NCBI RefSeq assembly: GCF_009914755.1
Contig: NC_060933.1
Strand: one strand, 5' to 3'
DNA: 64,000 nt
DNA from: the human T2T-CHM13v2.0 reference genome, Homo sapiens
The notes under the pieces are model-generated. The model worked only from the letters and a program-made list of their open reading frames with translations. It ran no database searches and was not told the DNA's origin. The translations under genes and the position numbers were made by a program. How positions within the stretch are numbered: the stretch's first letter is position 1; each line of letters begins with the position of its first letter. Positions 1-15,489 of this stretch are shown here, piece after piece.

Positions 1-44
1 CTACTGCACCATATCAATGAAGCCTTTGCTTTGGGGAAAACAGA

Positions 45-215
45 GCTGGGTACAAATACCAGTGCCACCCATTCTTCCCTCCATGCTCTGGACATTCAAC
101 CCATCTGAGCCTTAATCCCTTCATCTGCAAAGTAAGGACCATGCAGTCTTCCTGGTAGTGTTGTAAGGCTCAGATAGAATAACCAGACAGTTCCAGGTGC
201 ATATGGCACTCAGTG
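45..215 (+). mobile_element. MIR SINE fragment
   Basis: MIR core-like 'tctgagccttaatcccttcatctgcaaagt...gttgtaagg'. Confidence 0.6.
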
Positions 216-533
216 AGAATCCACTTGCTTTATCCTCCCTCACTCCCTTCCTTCCTCCAGGAATAAAGAGTACACTAGTTGAAGAATATTTCTTTGCCTT
301 CCTTCTTTAGCAGCTCCAATCCCAGCCTAACAGCACAATGAGCATCAGATGTGCTTTTTTGATGTTTGAAATTTATAGTCTCTGTTGAATGTTGGCCAGG
401 ACAGCACTTCGTCATTTGAACAATTTCCATTTTCCACAAGCTCTCTGTGATTGATGACCTAACCAGGCACATGGCATTCCGTTCCACCAGCAATGTGGCC
501 AGTGGGGAGATGGCTATGTCAGTAACACCTGTT

Positions 534-1304
<771 letters not shown>

Positions 1305-1699
1305 GCCTGCGAGCACCTTGCCCCACCTGGCTGTAGGTGACTTTTGGTGCCACCATTTTTGACTCTTGTGGATAAAGAGCAGACTATATTCTTTTTATAA
1401 GTAAGTCCACCTTTTACAGAAAAATTAATAGCCAGGATCATGGTTTTAGAACTCATAGAATACACTCCTCTCATCCTCTCATTCTTTCCCCCACCCATTG
1501 GCTTATAAACTTGTTCCTATGAAATAAGTCAGCTGAGTTGAGTTTGTAAATGCATCTTGAATAAATGTGTTGGGTGGGGTCACAAACATGCAGACACCTG
1601 CTGGTGAGTGTTACTGACCTGCACTCTGAAAGGCCCCTATATTGATGATACTTCTTAATCTCCTATGGCTCTTCTTCAGCCCTGGGAGCAGGGGAGTGC

Positions 1700-1815
1700 A
1701 GACTTTTGTTCAACCCCTTTCACAGATGTGCACACTGAAGTCCCAGTGTGTCCAGTGACTTGCTCAAGGTCATCAGCACTGTCTGGTGGAGCTGGGACTC
1801 GAACCCAGTCCTCCT
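1700..1815 (-). mobile_element. MIR fragment
   Basis: 'cacagatgtgcacactgaag...gtgacttgctcaaggtca...ctgggactcgaacccag'. Confidence 0.7.
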
Positions 1816-2084
1816 GCTCTCAGCTGTGGGAAATGGAGACAGCAGTTGCCCTGGAAGATGTTTCCTGTGCTGCGTGTTTGTGGTTGTCTCAGGATTTGTG
1901 AGACTTACTGTTTTCTTGTGTCCCCTGTCCCTGTGACTTATCTTTGTGCCCACTCAGCCATCACCACTTCCAACACACACCCACACCTGTGGAGAGAATG
2001 CAGCCTCCTAGAGCTCATGTCATGGCAGGACTGAGGGAAGTAGTCAGTTCTTGGTGCTCTCTAATAGGGCTCTGAATTGCAGCC

Positions 2085-2500
2085 TGGGCCGTGCCCATTC
2101 ATTTATGTATTGTCTATAGCTGCTTCTGTGTTACAAGAATTGACAGAGACTGGGTGTGGTCGCTCACACCTGTAATCCCAGCACTTTGGGAGGCTAAGAC
2201 AGAAGGATCGCTTGAGCCCAGGAGTTTGAGATGAACCTGGGCAACATGATGATACCCCATCTCTACAAAAAAAAAAAAAAAATTAGTTGGGTGTTGTGAT
2301 GGAGGCTGAGATGGGATGACTGCCTGAGCCCATGGGGTCGAGGCTGCAATGAGCTATGATTGTGCCACTGTCTCAAAAAAAAAAAAAAATGTTGACAGAA
2401 CAAGTTGATTCAATTATAGACTTGAGTAGTTGTAACGGAGACTATAAAGCCTAAAATATTTATAGTGTTAACTTTGATAGGACAAGTTTGCCAGCTCCTG
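2085..2500 (+). mobile_element. MER58-like hAT-Charlie element, split by an AluJ
   Basis: 'cccattcatttatgtattgtctatagctgcttc' ... 'ttgagtagttgtaacggagact...aagcctaaaatattta...aagtttgccagctcctg'. Confidence 0.7.
2148..2389 (+). mobile_element. AluJ with two internal deletions
   Basis: 'ggatcgcttgagcccaggag' and 'gaggctgcaatgagctatgat'; TSD core ttgacaga on both sides. Confidence 0.88.
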
Positions 2501-2953
2501 CACTAGAGGATAAAGATTAACAGGATTGACTCCACATAGAGGAGAGGAGAGGAAGGGGCAAGGATGGAAGCAAGGAGGGAGAAGGGTTAGAGAGAAAGAA
2601 AGAGGGAGGGGGGTCACTCAGAGACTTCACAAAGTATGTTATTTCCTAAAAACTGTAATGCCCAGTATCTAGTGATTACCTGTGGCACTGTCAGCCTTCT
2701 GCCTGGGAACAGGAATCTTGCAAAGATCAAATGCAGGGCCCAGAGCCCCAGGACTCTGCATTGGCATTCGTCAGTAAGTTTTGAAGGAGGCAGACATCTC
2801 AAAACCATCCTAAGCATAAGGCACCCAGCTGGTGATTTGAAGATAGCCATCTTCCCCATTACTAGTTGGCCTCACTTTAAAAAATGTTGTTTCTTGGATA
2901 GCATTTTTCTTTCACAAGTTGGTTTGCTTTCACATGTCAAAAAACAAAACCAG

Positions 2954-3340
<387 letters not shown>

Positions 3341-4383
3341 TCATTCTTGCGCTATTTTTTTAAACCTTTCATTACATTAGGCCTTTATCAGATATTAGCA
3401 CTGGTTCTTCAGTTTTCCCCCTGATCAGGAACTTCCCTGAAATAAATGCTGGTAAGATCGTGGAAAGTTCCCAGGAGAAGGATAGAACAGGTGTACCCCA
3501 GGGAGGCTGAGCCAGTACAGAGAGACCTATGGGTTTCACGGGCCCTCAGTAGAACTGATTTCCTCTCCTTGTCTCAGGTTGTCATCAGCCACTGAGCAAG
3601 ACCGAATAAGGGATCTCGTGAGGCTTTGGAGATGGATGCAGGATCTGTTGCCTGCGATTCAAAGCTGGTGGAGGACTTGCTTAGGTCATGTTAATTAGTT
3701 TTTCTCAGCTCTCACCAGGTGTCATTCATGGAGGTTGCATAAAAGAAACTCATACCCAGGGATGAGCTTTTTCTTAAATATTACCTTTCTGAATTTTGAA
3801 ATTTAGTGTAGCATTGAGACATTTAAACACATTTTTGAAGCACAAAACTTATTTATCCTAGTTCAAAGCCAGATTTGGTTTGACCTGTCTTGGTGGTGTT
3901 TTCTGTGGTTCTGAGATCCAACCCCCAACTTCGTCCCTTTTGACCTAGTTTATCACCCATGTCCTTGGGTTGAAAATAGTAGTGTAATCCTAAGAGAAGG
4001 GGCCTGAAAGGAAGGGAAGAGAAATCAGATGTCAGCTGGTGAGGATGAGAAATACTGCAACAAGGGAGCAGCATTGACCCTTGAGAGCTACATGCTAGGT
4101 AGAGTCAAGCTCTACTTGCCCTAAGTCAAAAATATCATTGACTTGTGGCTAAAGCCCAGACTTTGAAGAGCAAAGAAAGCAAGGATTTAACTGCAAAAAT
4201 AGAAAAGTGGCTGACCCAATGCTGAGGCTTTTAACAAAATTTACCAAATAGTTTATTTCAGACTGAGAAAGAAAGAGCTCAAACAAGCTTAAGCAGCAGC
4301 AAATGCTATCAGCCTGGACCATGAGATTGCATGTGCCCTGCAGTGATCTTCCACCTTGACTGACATTAAAACTACCTGGTAGT

Positions 4384-4726
<343 letters not shown>

Positions 4727-5562
4727 TTACAGCCTTGAGTGCCCAGACCAATAAGATCAAAATCTCTGAAGGTGAGGCCTGGGCTTGGTGCTTTTTGATG
4801 ATCCTCAGGTGATCTTAATGGTCTTCCAGGGTTGAGCACTGTGGGGAAAATTGAGGCCAAGATGTGGAGGCATCTAACTGGCTCGTGCATGTTAAGAACT
4901 GGATGAGATGGGAAGCCAGACATTAGAAATAATGGGGTCAGGGCACCACTTACATGGTATTAATAGCCAGAGGTCTTGAATCTTCCTCCAGACTACAGTG
5001 AAGAGAGATACACATGTTATCTACCTGGTGATAGATACCAAAGGGAAGCAAAGTACCACACTGAAGCAAAGTACCATGGAAGGACTGCTCCCCACTTTTG
5101 ATGCATGATAAAGACCAACCTGCCTGCATGAAGATGATGGTGCACTTCTCCTGAACTTCACCATCATGATCACAGTCAAAGCCAGTGATGATGGAGTATA
5201 ATCACACCAGTAAATGAAGTTCCCCTGCTGTCTTCTGACTCACTTCTAAGTGGCCTGGACCCTGGTGGTTAAGAAAAGTAAACCCCCAAAGCAGTCAGTC
5301 ATTGTCGGTTTGCTAACTTGAGCATCCTGAAATTAAAGGACTAAGTACTTTAACTGGGTCACCTCTATTAGTGGGTAAAAAGCTGTGTGGTCTTTGTTCA
5401 CTTCCTTAAAATGCTGCTATACGTGATGGCAAGCAACAGAACTAGCCACGAGAAAGCAACATGGAAACCACTGAAGTCAAGACTTAATCCTACCTGGTTC
5501 CCCATCAATAGGTAAAACAAAGTGGTTCTGAGCACAAACTCTGAAGCCAGATGATCAGCTTT

Positions 5563-6533
5563 TAAAAAAAAAAATAATTAAAGAATATTTATTTATTTAT
5601 ATTTTATTTTAGATTCAGGTGGTACATGTGCAGATTTGTTACATGAGTATATTGTGTGATGCTGAGGTTTAGGCATCTAATAATCCTGTCACCCAAGCCA
5701 TGAACATAGTACCTGATAGGTAGTTTTTCAACCCTTGATCCCATCCCTTCCTCCCTCCTTTTGGAATGCCCAGTGTCTGTTGTTCCCACCTTTGTGTCTG
5801 TGTGTACCCAATGTTTAGCTCCCACTTACAAGTCCATGTTGCTGCAAAGAACATGATTTCATTCTTTTTTATGGCTGTGTAGTATTCCATGGTGTATATG
5901 TACCACATTTTCTTTATCCAATACACTGTTGATGGGCACCCGGTTGATTTCATGTCTTTGTTCCTGTGAATAGTGCTGTGATGAACATACGAGTACATGC
6001 CCTTTTGATAGTATGACTTATCCTTTGGGTATATATCAGTAATAGGATTGCAGAGTCCAGTGGCAATTCTGTTTTCAGTTCTTTGAGAAATCTCCAAACT
6101 ACTTTCCACAGGGCCTGAACTAATTTGCACTCCCAAAAACAGAGTATAAATGTTCCCTTTTCTCTGCAACCTCACCGACATCTGTTGTTTTTTGACGTTT
6201 TAATAGTAGCCATTCTGACTGGAGTGAGTTGGTATCTCATTGTGGTTTTGGTTTGCATCTCTCTGATGAATAGTGGTGTAGAGCATTTTTTCATATGTTT
6301 GTTGGCTGCTTGTATGTCTTTTGAAAAGTGTCTGTTCATGTCCCTTGCTCACTTTTTAATGGGGTTGTTTTTTACTTGTCAATTTGTTTCAGTTCCTATA
6401 GGTTCTGGATATTAGTCTTTTGTCAGATGCATGGTTTGCAGATATTTTCTCCCATTCTGTAGGTTGTCTGTTTACTCTGTTGGTAGTTTCCTTTTGCTGT
6501 GCAAAAGCCCTTTGGTTTAATTAGGTCCCAGTT
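5563..6533 (-). mobile_element. 5'-truncated L1 (old L1PA, ~PA15/16): ORF2 C-terminal remnant plus 3'UTR
   Basis: Minus-strand ORF remnant WIKKMWYIYTMEYYTAIKKNEIMFFAATW; L1 3'UTR; degenerate TSD gccagatgatcagcttt (5546-5562) / gccagacggacagcttt (6534-6550). Confidence 0.92.
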
Positions 6534-6735
6534 GCCAGACGGACAGCTTTGAATTCTGGTCTTAACACTTCATAACTGGGGGATCTAGGGGCAAGTTACC
6601 TAACCTCTCTCAGCCTCAGTGTCCTCATCTGTAATGGAGGGATAATAGAAGCTTCCCCCCAGGGTTATAGTGAGGGTTGATGAGGTAGTTCATTTAAAGC
6701 ACTCAGAACTGCGCGTGGCACCTGTAAACACTCCC
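6534..6735 (+). mobile_element. MIR (its 5' part is at ~5515-5562, split off by the L1)
   Basis: 'ggcaagttacctaacctctctcagcctcagtgtcctcatctgtaatgg'. Confidence 0.8.
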
Positions 6736-6849
6736 ACCCCCAGTACCTTTTCACAAGTACTATTAGGATGATGCTGTTAGCAGCAATTATCAGCACCTCT
6801 CATCTCAAGTTATATTGCTAGTGACAAAACCTTTGGCATTTCAGTGTAT

Positions 6850-7305
6850 AGCTTTCCAATCTTTTCCATAACTGTATTTTTTCTTATAAAAGTGAGATTA
6901 TACTGAGCATACTCTTTGCTTTTTAAACTGACTATATTGAGAATATCTTTCTATTTCATGTAATCTACAGCTTCATTTGCAATGACTGCATAATGGTGCA
7001 GATATATCATAGATTATTTAACCAAACACCTGTGGTTTAATACTTAAGTCTCTCTCTTTTTTAAAAGCAATGCTGCAGTAAATATCATTAAGTAAAAGCA
7101 CTGCTCATTGGCATAATTTCCCCTTTAGAATAAATTCCTAGAAGTGAAATGTGTTGTTCAAATCGCATATAAACTTGAAAGTGTTTGCTATTCTATATGA
7201 CTGCCAAATTATCCTCTAGAAAGATTCTACCACCACCAGCAGGGAATAAAAAGTCAGTTTCCCCTCACTATACTTGACACTGGGTATTACAGTTTTTAAA
7301 CTGTA
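6850..7305 (-). mobile_element. Ancient L1 (L1ME-like) fragment
   Basis: 'aatgctgcagtaaatatc...taaattcctagaagtgaaat...tgccaaattatcctctagaaag'. Confidence 0.65.
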
Positions 7306-8252
7306 ATCTTTTGTATTTGTTCTTGACCTAAAGCTGAGCTCTGCTGTTTGGGGCTTGGCTTCTCTGAACTTGGTGCTGATTCTTGCTTTAACTGGAGCTT
7401 CCTACTGGAGCATCCTAGGTGGGCTCTCACTGGCTCAAACAACCCTATGAGGCTCTTCTTAGTCTTCTAGGACTAGAGCAGGGCTCAGCCAAGCACATGG
7501 TGCTGGCAGGACACTTGGAGCTGTCCCTATACCAGCAGCAATCTTTTGTCTTGCTTATTTAATTACCTTATCCTAAAGTACGTCTTTACTAGAAATTTGC
7601 TGTCCTCAGTGAGAAGCAGTACCTTTCCCTTGTTCCCTGCTGAACCACCAGGGTCACTACCAGCAGATCAGAGCCACTTCCCTGTCCCTGGGGGCATCGT
7701 CTTAGACTTTGGTCACCACCAAAGAGGAGACATAAGAAGAAGGGCAGGAAGAGGTAGCATTGAGCAAGAGCTCTGGATTTGCCATCATCAGCTGAGGATT
7801 CTGAATTAGGAAACATATCTATTTAGGTTTAAACTACAAAATATGCAAGGGTTCCTATTCCGAGCCTCTCAGAAACATCCCTCTGGCCACAGGCAACTGT
7901 CACTGGTGATGGTTATTCTCTCAGAAGATGCTGAGGATCAGGGTGTCTAAGGAGTAGCTTTGCTTTAATCTGAGCTTGGTATATTACATTTTCCATGTTA
8001 GCCTACCTAATAGGGTGGGTTCACATAGAAATACTAGAAAACACAGAAGGATATAAAGAGCAAAGATGAAAGCATTCCAAATCCTACCATCTAGATACAA
8101 CCTATGTTGATATTTAGCATGTATGCAGAGGATAGATGCTATCCTGTAGCATGATCATTTATATGCATGTGCGTACACATGCATTTACTTTTTATAAAAA
8201 TGATATAATACTGAACATGCTATTCTGTAGTCAGTTTTTAAAAGAATGTATC

Positions 8253-8862
<610 letters not shown>

Positions 8863-9594
8863 TAAAAGAATTTATCTTTAATGGCTGTGTTTTATTTATA
8901 CATTTTCAGTCATTCATTATCAATAAATACTGATTCAGGCCCAGTATGTGTTAGGCATGATTCTAGGCAAGAGAGAGAAACCATGAATGAGAGACATGGT
9001 CTCTGCCCTTGGGGAGGGTGTAATGAAGTTCGTCAGTTTTGTGCTTTGTGGTTTCTTTCTATGCGTTATGTTTTTAAAGTCCTCTTCCATCCTAAAGTCA
9101 GACAATCACTATATTTTCTCATGTTTTCACTTTTTACATTGCCTGAGTCCATCTAGAAATTGTTTTGGTGGATGAAAAATTTTCTACTTTTAAACCATTG
9201 GAGGACAGCAATGACCACAAAAGGATTAAATCCTCTTTCCTTATAGACAAGTGGGCACAACTTGGCTATGCAGTAATTCTAACATCAGCAGTGCAAAGAA
9301 GGGAAGTACAGTGTTGATTCTTCATGGGAGACTGATGGAATTATAATAGACTTCTGTTCTTAAGGTAGAAAATTATCATTTTTTTAACCTGAAAAGATAG
9401 AGTAATAGTCTATGATAAGGACAAATTACCCCAATATGTTTTTAAAACATTGCAATTATTAACAAAGTGGTAGTTTCTTTCATTTAAAACCCCCTTGGGC
9501 CCTAAAGATATAGCTAACAAGAGGAAAAACTGTCAAAACTCTTATTAGGTGGTTGAGTTTATTTTCTGCTCACAATTGTATCATTTAAAACCCT

Positions 9595-10150
9595 GAGAAA
9601 CTGTTTTTTGGAGAGCAATTTGTCCCTATTAGAGTTTTATGTGTTCAAATCCTTGACTTAGCAGTTCTGCTGGTAGAAATCCACCCTATGTATGGAATCA
9701 CAAAAGTACGTCTAAGATGAACATAGAGGAAGATTCATTGCAGTCCCGTCTATAATTGCAAACAAAGCACTGAGAACCACCTAAATTATCTATTAGCAGC
9801 AGACTGCTAAAGTAAGTTAAGCTACATCTGTGAATCGCCATGCCGTAGTTGCAAAGAATGTGGTGGGATTCCATGTGCTGAATGAAATAGTAAAATCTCT
9901 AAGATACATCACGAAGTGAAGAAAGTAAGCTGAAGGGCAGGTCTTTTGTGTTAAGAATAAAAGACCCCAACTTATGTTGGTGTATCCATTTTTTCCTGTA
10001 GGATGCATAAAGGACTAATAGGAATTGTTGCCTGAAGGAACAAAGCTGGTAGGGATGAGGTGAAGAGAAAGTCAAATGTTCATTTTATTCCTGTGTGGAT
10101 GGTGTGAATTTTTCTACCCTGCATGTTTATTACTTTTATTTATGTTTTGT
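9595..10150 (+). mobile_element. Ancient L1ME 3' fragment
   Basis: 'tttttggagagcaatttg...ccttgacttagcagttctgctggtagaaatccaccc...ttcattgcag...aagtgaagaaagtaag'. Confidence 0.6.
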
Positions 10151-11139
10151 AATGCTTACTCCATTTATCTAGGCAGGGAGATTATAGACAATTGGTGTTT
10201 CCTTCTTTATACTTTTCTATATTAAAAAATGAATATAGATCAGAAATGTTCACCAGATACTGGCATCTAAGAAACAAACAAAAACATGATTTGTCAAAGT
10301 CAGAAAAGGAGTGTATGTCTCTGTTTGGAATTATGCTAATTTCTTGGAGTTTGCGTTCCTTTGTTGTCATCAGAATGCTGCACATTGTGTTCTCTTTCTA
10401 TTTTTGTGCACACTATCTTGTTTTGTATTTCCAACCACGACAGCTATGTTCAGTTGTGCCCCATCCCCTCCCCTGTTCTGTGGCCTGCGGTGCTGAGAAC
10501 TGCGAGCAGCCAATGGGACTGCTGCTTACTGTGAGGTCCATGCAGTGTCCACCCCCGCTTCCTGCCCTGAGACTGCCTCCAGGCCTGGCACGTCTTCCTA
10601 AGACAGGCCTATCAACCCAGTGGATCCTTCTGCCCCTTCCTCCTCCTGTCCTCCAACTTTAGGGAGCCATATTCTGATATCCAGAGATCCTGGATTTAGA
10701 GCATCTCCTCCATTCTTGGTAAATTGAGAACCTTCCCAACTGCTGCCTCATCTGCAGTAGTTCCTTTCAGATGAAAAGTTAAAATGGGAGAGAAATATTT
10801 TGCATTTGCTCTTTTCATTAGACTATTCGATTTCTATGTAAATGTCTTCTACAGGGATTGAAAGAAATGAATATATTGGTTCACCAGACATTGCTGAAGG
10901 TTCCAACACAGCCTTGACCTATTTTTGTTTGAAATTGAGAAATGCTCACAAATGTAAGAGGCCTCCTTTTTTGGAGATTGGAGGGATTTGACATCAAGAT
11001 GTTTTGCATTTTCAACAGCTCATTTGCCCTGGATGGCTTTTGGCAGATAAATGTGGAGGTGGCAGTGTAATAGGTTTCATGTGTCCAGAGTGGAATTCAC
11101 CCAGAGCCAAACAAAAGCTAGTAGCTCTGAACATGTCTC

Positions 11140-12065
11140 TTTTCATGGTAAAGTACTCTGGAGTGAGACTGTTTAAGTTTCAACCCCTGTTTGGCCACTT
11201 CTTAGCTCAAGGGCACTTCCCTTACAGTAGCTAAGTTTAGGTTGTTTCATCCATAAAATGGAAGATTTTAAAGTATCTACCTCAAAGTGTGATGAGGATT
11301 AAGTGAAAAACTGCGGGGCAATTCTTACTATAATGCCTGACATAGCAAGGCATCAATAAACTCAGTTGCCATTATTATTCTTACCATTATGGTTTATACC
11401 ACTACCATCATTGGGATTATTAGGTTCAACCACTACACAACTGAATTGTTGTTGCATGAGTAAATTGCAGTTGTTTAGACAAAATCCTAAGCCAAAAACT
11501 TCGTGCTAGGTAGAAAGGAAGCACCTTCATTTATTAAGTCCCTGCACTCTACCAGGTGATGTGTTAGTTCCATCTTTGCTGTATCTCATTTCAATCCTGC
11601 AGTAGCATTTTGCAGGTAGTTCTATTTCAGTATTTCAGACGGAGTTCCAATTGTTTGATGCTTACTAGCCATGTGACCCTGTCTCTTTATCTTCCTGTGC
11701 CTCAGTTTTCTCCTCTGTAAAATGGGGATAATGATAGTACCTAACTCATTAGGTTGTTGTGAAGATTAAACATGTTAAATCACACAAAACAGTGCCTGGC
11801 ACACAGTGACCACTATGTAAATGTTTGCTAGCATTACTTTATAACTCAGGAAGGGCACATGTGACAGTCTGGAACGTGTGAAGTCGTTGTTCTCCTTAGC
11901 ACTGTGGAATGTTAGTGATGCTGGAGGAAACTTAGAGCTAAGCTGGCCCAACCTACTCATTTCACAGGCTGGGGATCCAAGGCCCAGAAACAATAAGGGA
12001 CTTGTCTAAGTCACTCAGGGAGTTCGTGGCAGAGCCCCTACCTGATACGAGATCTCCTGACTCTG
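11140..12065. mobile_element. Cluster of MIR fragments in both orientations
   Basis: For example 'ctgtgcctcagttttctcctctgtaaaatggggataatgatagtacct' at ~11695-11745. Confidence 0.75.
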
Positions 12066-12715
12066 CTCACGAGACTTCATGGTGGGAATAAGGCAACACA
12101 CGGAGAGGGATGAGATGGAGATCACATTCTTCGGGAGAGTTTGATTCTGTTATTCCTGCCATTTGGGACTTTTTCAGAGTCCTCTACCATTCTGCCTACC
12201 TGTACAGAAAGTGCTGGATTTTTCCACCACAAGGGGCTTATCAATGTGGTGTCATAAAGCGGGTCTTACTTTCTCATCAGAGCCCATATCAGACCACTTC
12301 CCTTCTTGGTCTTTAGAGGAAACCAAAGTGAAGCACTCCTAGCAAAGAATTTGATGTTATGACCATCAAAGCAAAAGTATAGCTCTATGGTTAAATAATT
12401 ACTTAAAGGGTCACACCGTGGGCAGACCTTAAAAAACAGACTTAAGATATAACCCATATGGGCTATAAAGTATCTATAAAGGACCCTAAATGGAAACTCT
12501 GCTGTGTTGTGCATTTGACTTGGCACTAATAGGCCAGATATATTAACTGTTGGGTGAAATTAATGATAATATTGCATCTAAATTCTATGGGATGTTTCTT
12601 AAGGTTTTGGGTGTTAAATTACCCCTTCTAAAATCCAGTATTGAGGCTCGAACTAATCAATGTCTTCTTTTTCTTTTAAAAATTCTCTTGACCATATTGT
12701 TTCTATTACAAATGA

Positions 12716-13070
12716 AACATGAAGGTAGAAAGTAGAATAATAAGTTACAAGAAGTGGAGAAGGGAGTGTGTGTAGTGGAGGATGAGAGAGGTTGGTTAAT
12801 GGGTACAATTATACAGTTAGGTAGAAGGAATAAGATCTAAGGTTGGATAGCACAGTAAGGTGACTTTAGTTAACAACAATATATTTTAGATTTTAACATA
12901 GCTGGAAGAGAGGACTAAAAATGTTCCCAACACAAAGAAATGATAAATACACGAGATGGTGGATGTCCTGAACACCCTGGTTATTATACATCCTATGCAT
13001 GTAACAAAATATTACAGGTACCCAACAAATGTGTACAAATATCATATGTCAATAAAACAATTAAAAGTAA
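12716..13070 (+). mobile_element. L1MA 3' end fragment
   Basis: 'ggttaatgggtacaa...ggtagaaggaataagatcta...gttcccaacacaaagaaatgataaat...gtcaataaaa'. Confidence 0.85.
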
Positions 13071-15489
13071 ATAACTACAGAAAACAATACAAAGCTGGCA
13101 GTTCCTTCTTTTACAGATAGATGGCAAGCTCAAGTCCAAATAATCAGTTGAAGAAAAGAGAAGTTATGTAGATGGAAATGCTGGTCCAAACTAAGGGATG
13201 AGGAATAAATAGAGTTGTGGAATTATCCACTTCACCTGGTGATGTTGCGGGTTAAATGGGTACATGGCTAGGCAGAACAATGTAGAAAACCTACCTTACT
13301 TGTTCTTCTGACCAAGCCTTTTAAGGCTGTCATTTAAAATGGCTCTGAGTTCTGTTTCTTAGTTTTGTAGGATCAGAAAATCACATGCCAACTTAGCTTT
13401 CAGCTACTTATCTACAAACCCAAGTGTCTATTTATTTTTCAGTGGATGGACACTGCAGGGGTCTTAGCAAGTACCATCTCTCCATTTAGCTAACTACATA
13501 GGAAGCCTGAATAGAAATCAGGATTATGATTGGTGATCTTGAAGACAGAGCCAGGAGAGTGAGTTTTAATATCTGATGGTGTTGAGATGAGATAACTGAT
13601 CTCGAACAGGGATGTGTCTGCTGAGCAAACTCAGCATTACTTGTTAGCTGGACAGGCGATTGGACAAAGCTGAGTGAGCACCTCTTCAATTTTTTTTATG
13701 CTTGATTACTCAGGTTTTCAGTTTTTAGACAGACTATTTTTCTTTTTTTTCCCCTCAGATGTATAAATAGCATTGAATCTGCAGTAGTGTTAGAAAGGTA
13801 ATTATAACCCAACCATGTCTGAGATGACATTGTGATTTCTTAATAGAAAAAGCTTGTTGGGTCCCCACTTGCAAGTTGATTTTTCATAATTTAATTCTCA
13901 AAATGTCACCTTATTTCTTGGTGTAACCCAGATAAAACCTAGGTATCCTGGCAATCCAGTTTCAGCATGAAGTTATATTCAAAGGAACACAGGCTAGTTG
14001 GCCAAAGTAATTTCAGTATCCTTACTGGAATCTTCTGGAGAACATCAGAGGGGATTCATTTTATAAGCCACAGTAAAATATCTCAAGATTCTCTTTTCCT
14101 GATTTCCTGGCCTTAATATCTCAGCCTTTTCATTTTAAACTCTTGAACTTTAAACTGTCTCTGACCCCTTTCAGTGCTTTACTTCTTCATCTCTTCTTTC
14201 CTTTTCTCGATCATTTTTCCCCCTAAATAGCATCCCCACCCATTCCCTTTCCAAGTGCAACTATATAAAACAGTCTGTTTCTCGCAGTTTTTCAGTACTT
14301 TACCTCTTTCTCTGATTCTTCATTTCAAAAGCCTAGGAATCCTCTGGCAAAAAGTCACTTAAAAGGTTTGGGGCAAGGAAACAAGATTCCCTTTAGCTCA
14401 CATGGAAGGAAGTCAAAGCTGAATTATCTTCATCTAGCAATAGAAAGAATAAAGATTGCAACGTTTACAATTTAATATATTTTCTTTACCCTCCTCTTGT
14501 CTAAATTCTGTGATCTCATGATGGCAAGAGGGCCTTGAGTAGGTCTTCTGGTCCCTTCCCACTGCTGTGCCCTGGGGCGCGAGGTATCAGCGCAAGCTAG
14601 AATGGGGGTTCAGTGGAGGAAAGGAAACACCCTATTTCTGCTTCTGACTACCTTCCCTGCTTAGCCTCTTTCCCTGTCTCCCTGTTTCTCACACACTCAG
14701 TTGGGACACCCACCTTGTCCACAGCCACAGCCTGGCATCTCCTAGTGCTCCAGTTGCAGCACAGTCAGCAGGAGAGAAGAGGGAGTCTCAAGGAGCAAAA
14801 AGGTGGAAATAGGCTTTCCTAACAACAGGTGCTTGCCATGTCTGTCTTCTCATCATATTTATTGAACAGAATGTGCTTCATTCTCTACGGGTGCTCTTTA
14901 ACAATAGTTTACGTGTTATGTTACGAACATGTTATGATTATAACATGTTCTATCATGTTATAATCCTTCCAGAAAATACTTGCCAGGAAAATATATAATT
15001 TATAGAAAGTGAATGAAAGTGGCTTGTTAGCCTTCCCAGATAGTGGAGGAATCTGGAAGTCTTTCTAATGGATTGAGATCACGTCATTCCAGATGTCTCT
15101 TGAGGCACACTGCCCCGAATGGTTGCTACTGTCAGCTCATTATGCTTTTCCCTGGAATTTCCACTTCCCCCGCCTTTCTCCCCAGAATAAGCTTTCCATG
15201 ATTCTTTCCCAGAATTAGCCTTTTCAACTCTTTCCTCATATGCATAGCAACAGTAATTTATTTCATGTGGGTTAATGTCTTTAGCATTAGGACACTTCTG
15301 GTTTTATGGACTGATGGCCAATGTGTTTTTAATAATGTATTTTGCTTCTATTGAAGTCATGAGTACAAATTCGTAATTCATTTGAATGAGGGATATGGAC
15401 AAACAGGAACACAAGTGGAAGAGAGAAAAAAGAGGATAGTACACTCAGAGATACTCAGTAAGCATAAATTACATGTATTCATCATACAA

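Noticed and set aside
5045-5076. 14-bp direct repeat gaagcaaagtacca (similar small duplications at 33546-33577 and ~36716-36736)
   Set aside because: Two-copy local slippage duplications, not an array.
5669-6181. 170-aa minus-strand ORF
   Set aside because: Frameshifted remnant of the L1 ORF2 C-terminus running into the 3'UTR.
10192-10662. 156-aa plus-strand ORF with a nearby CCAAT
   Set aside because: No recognisable homology; a single CCAAT does not support a promoter.
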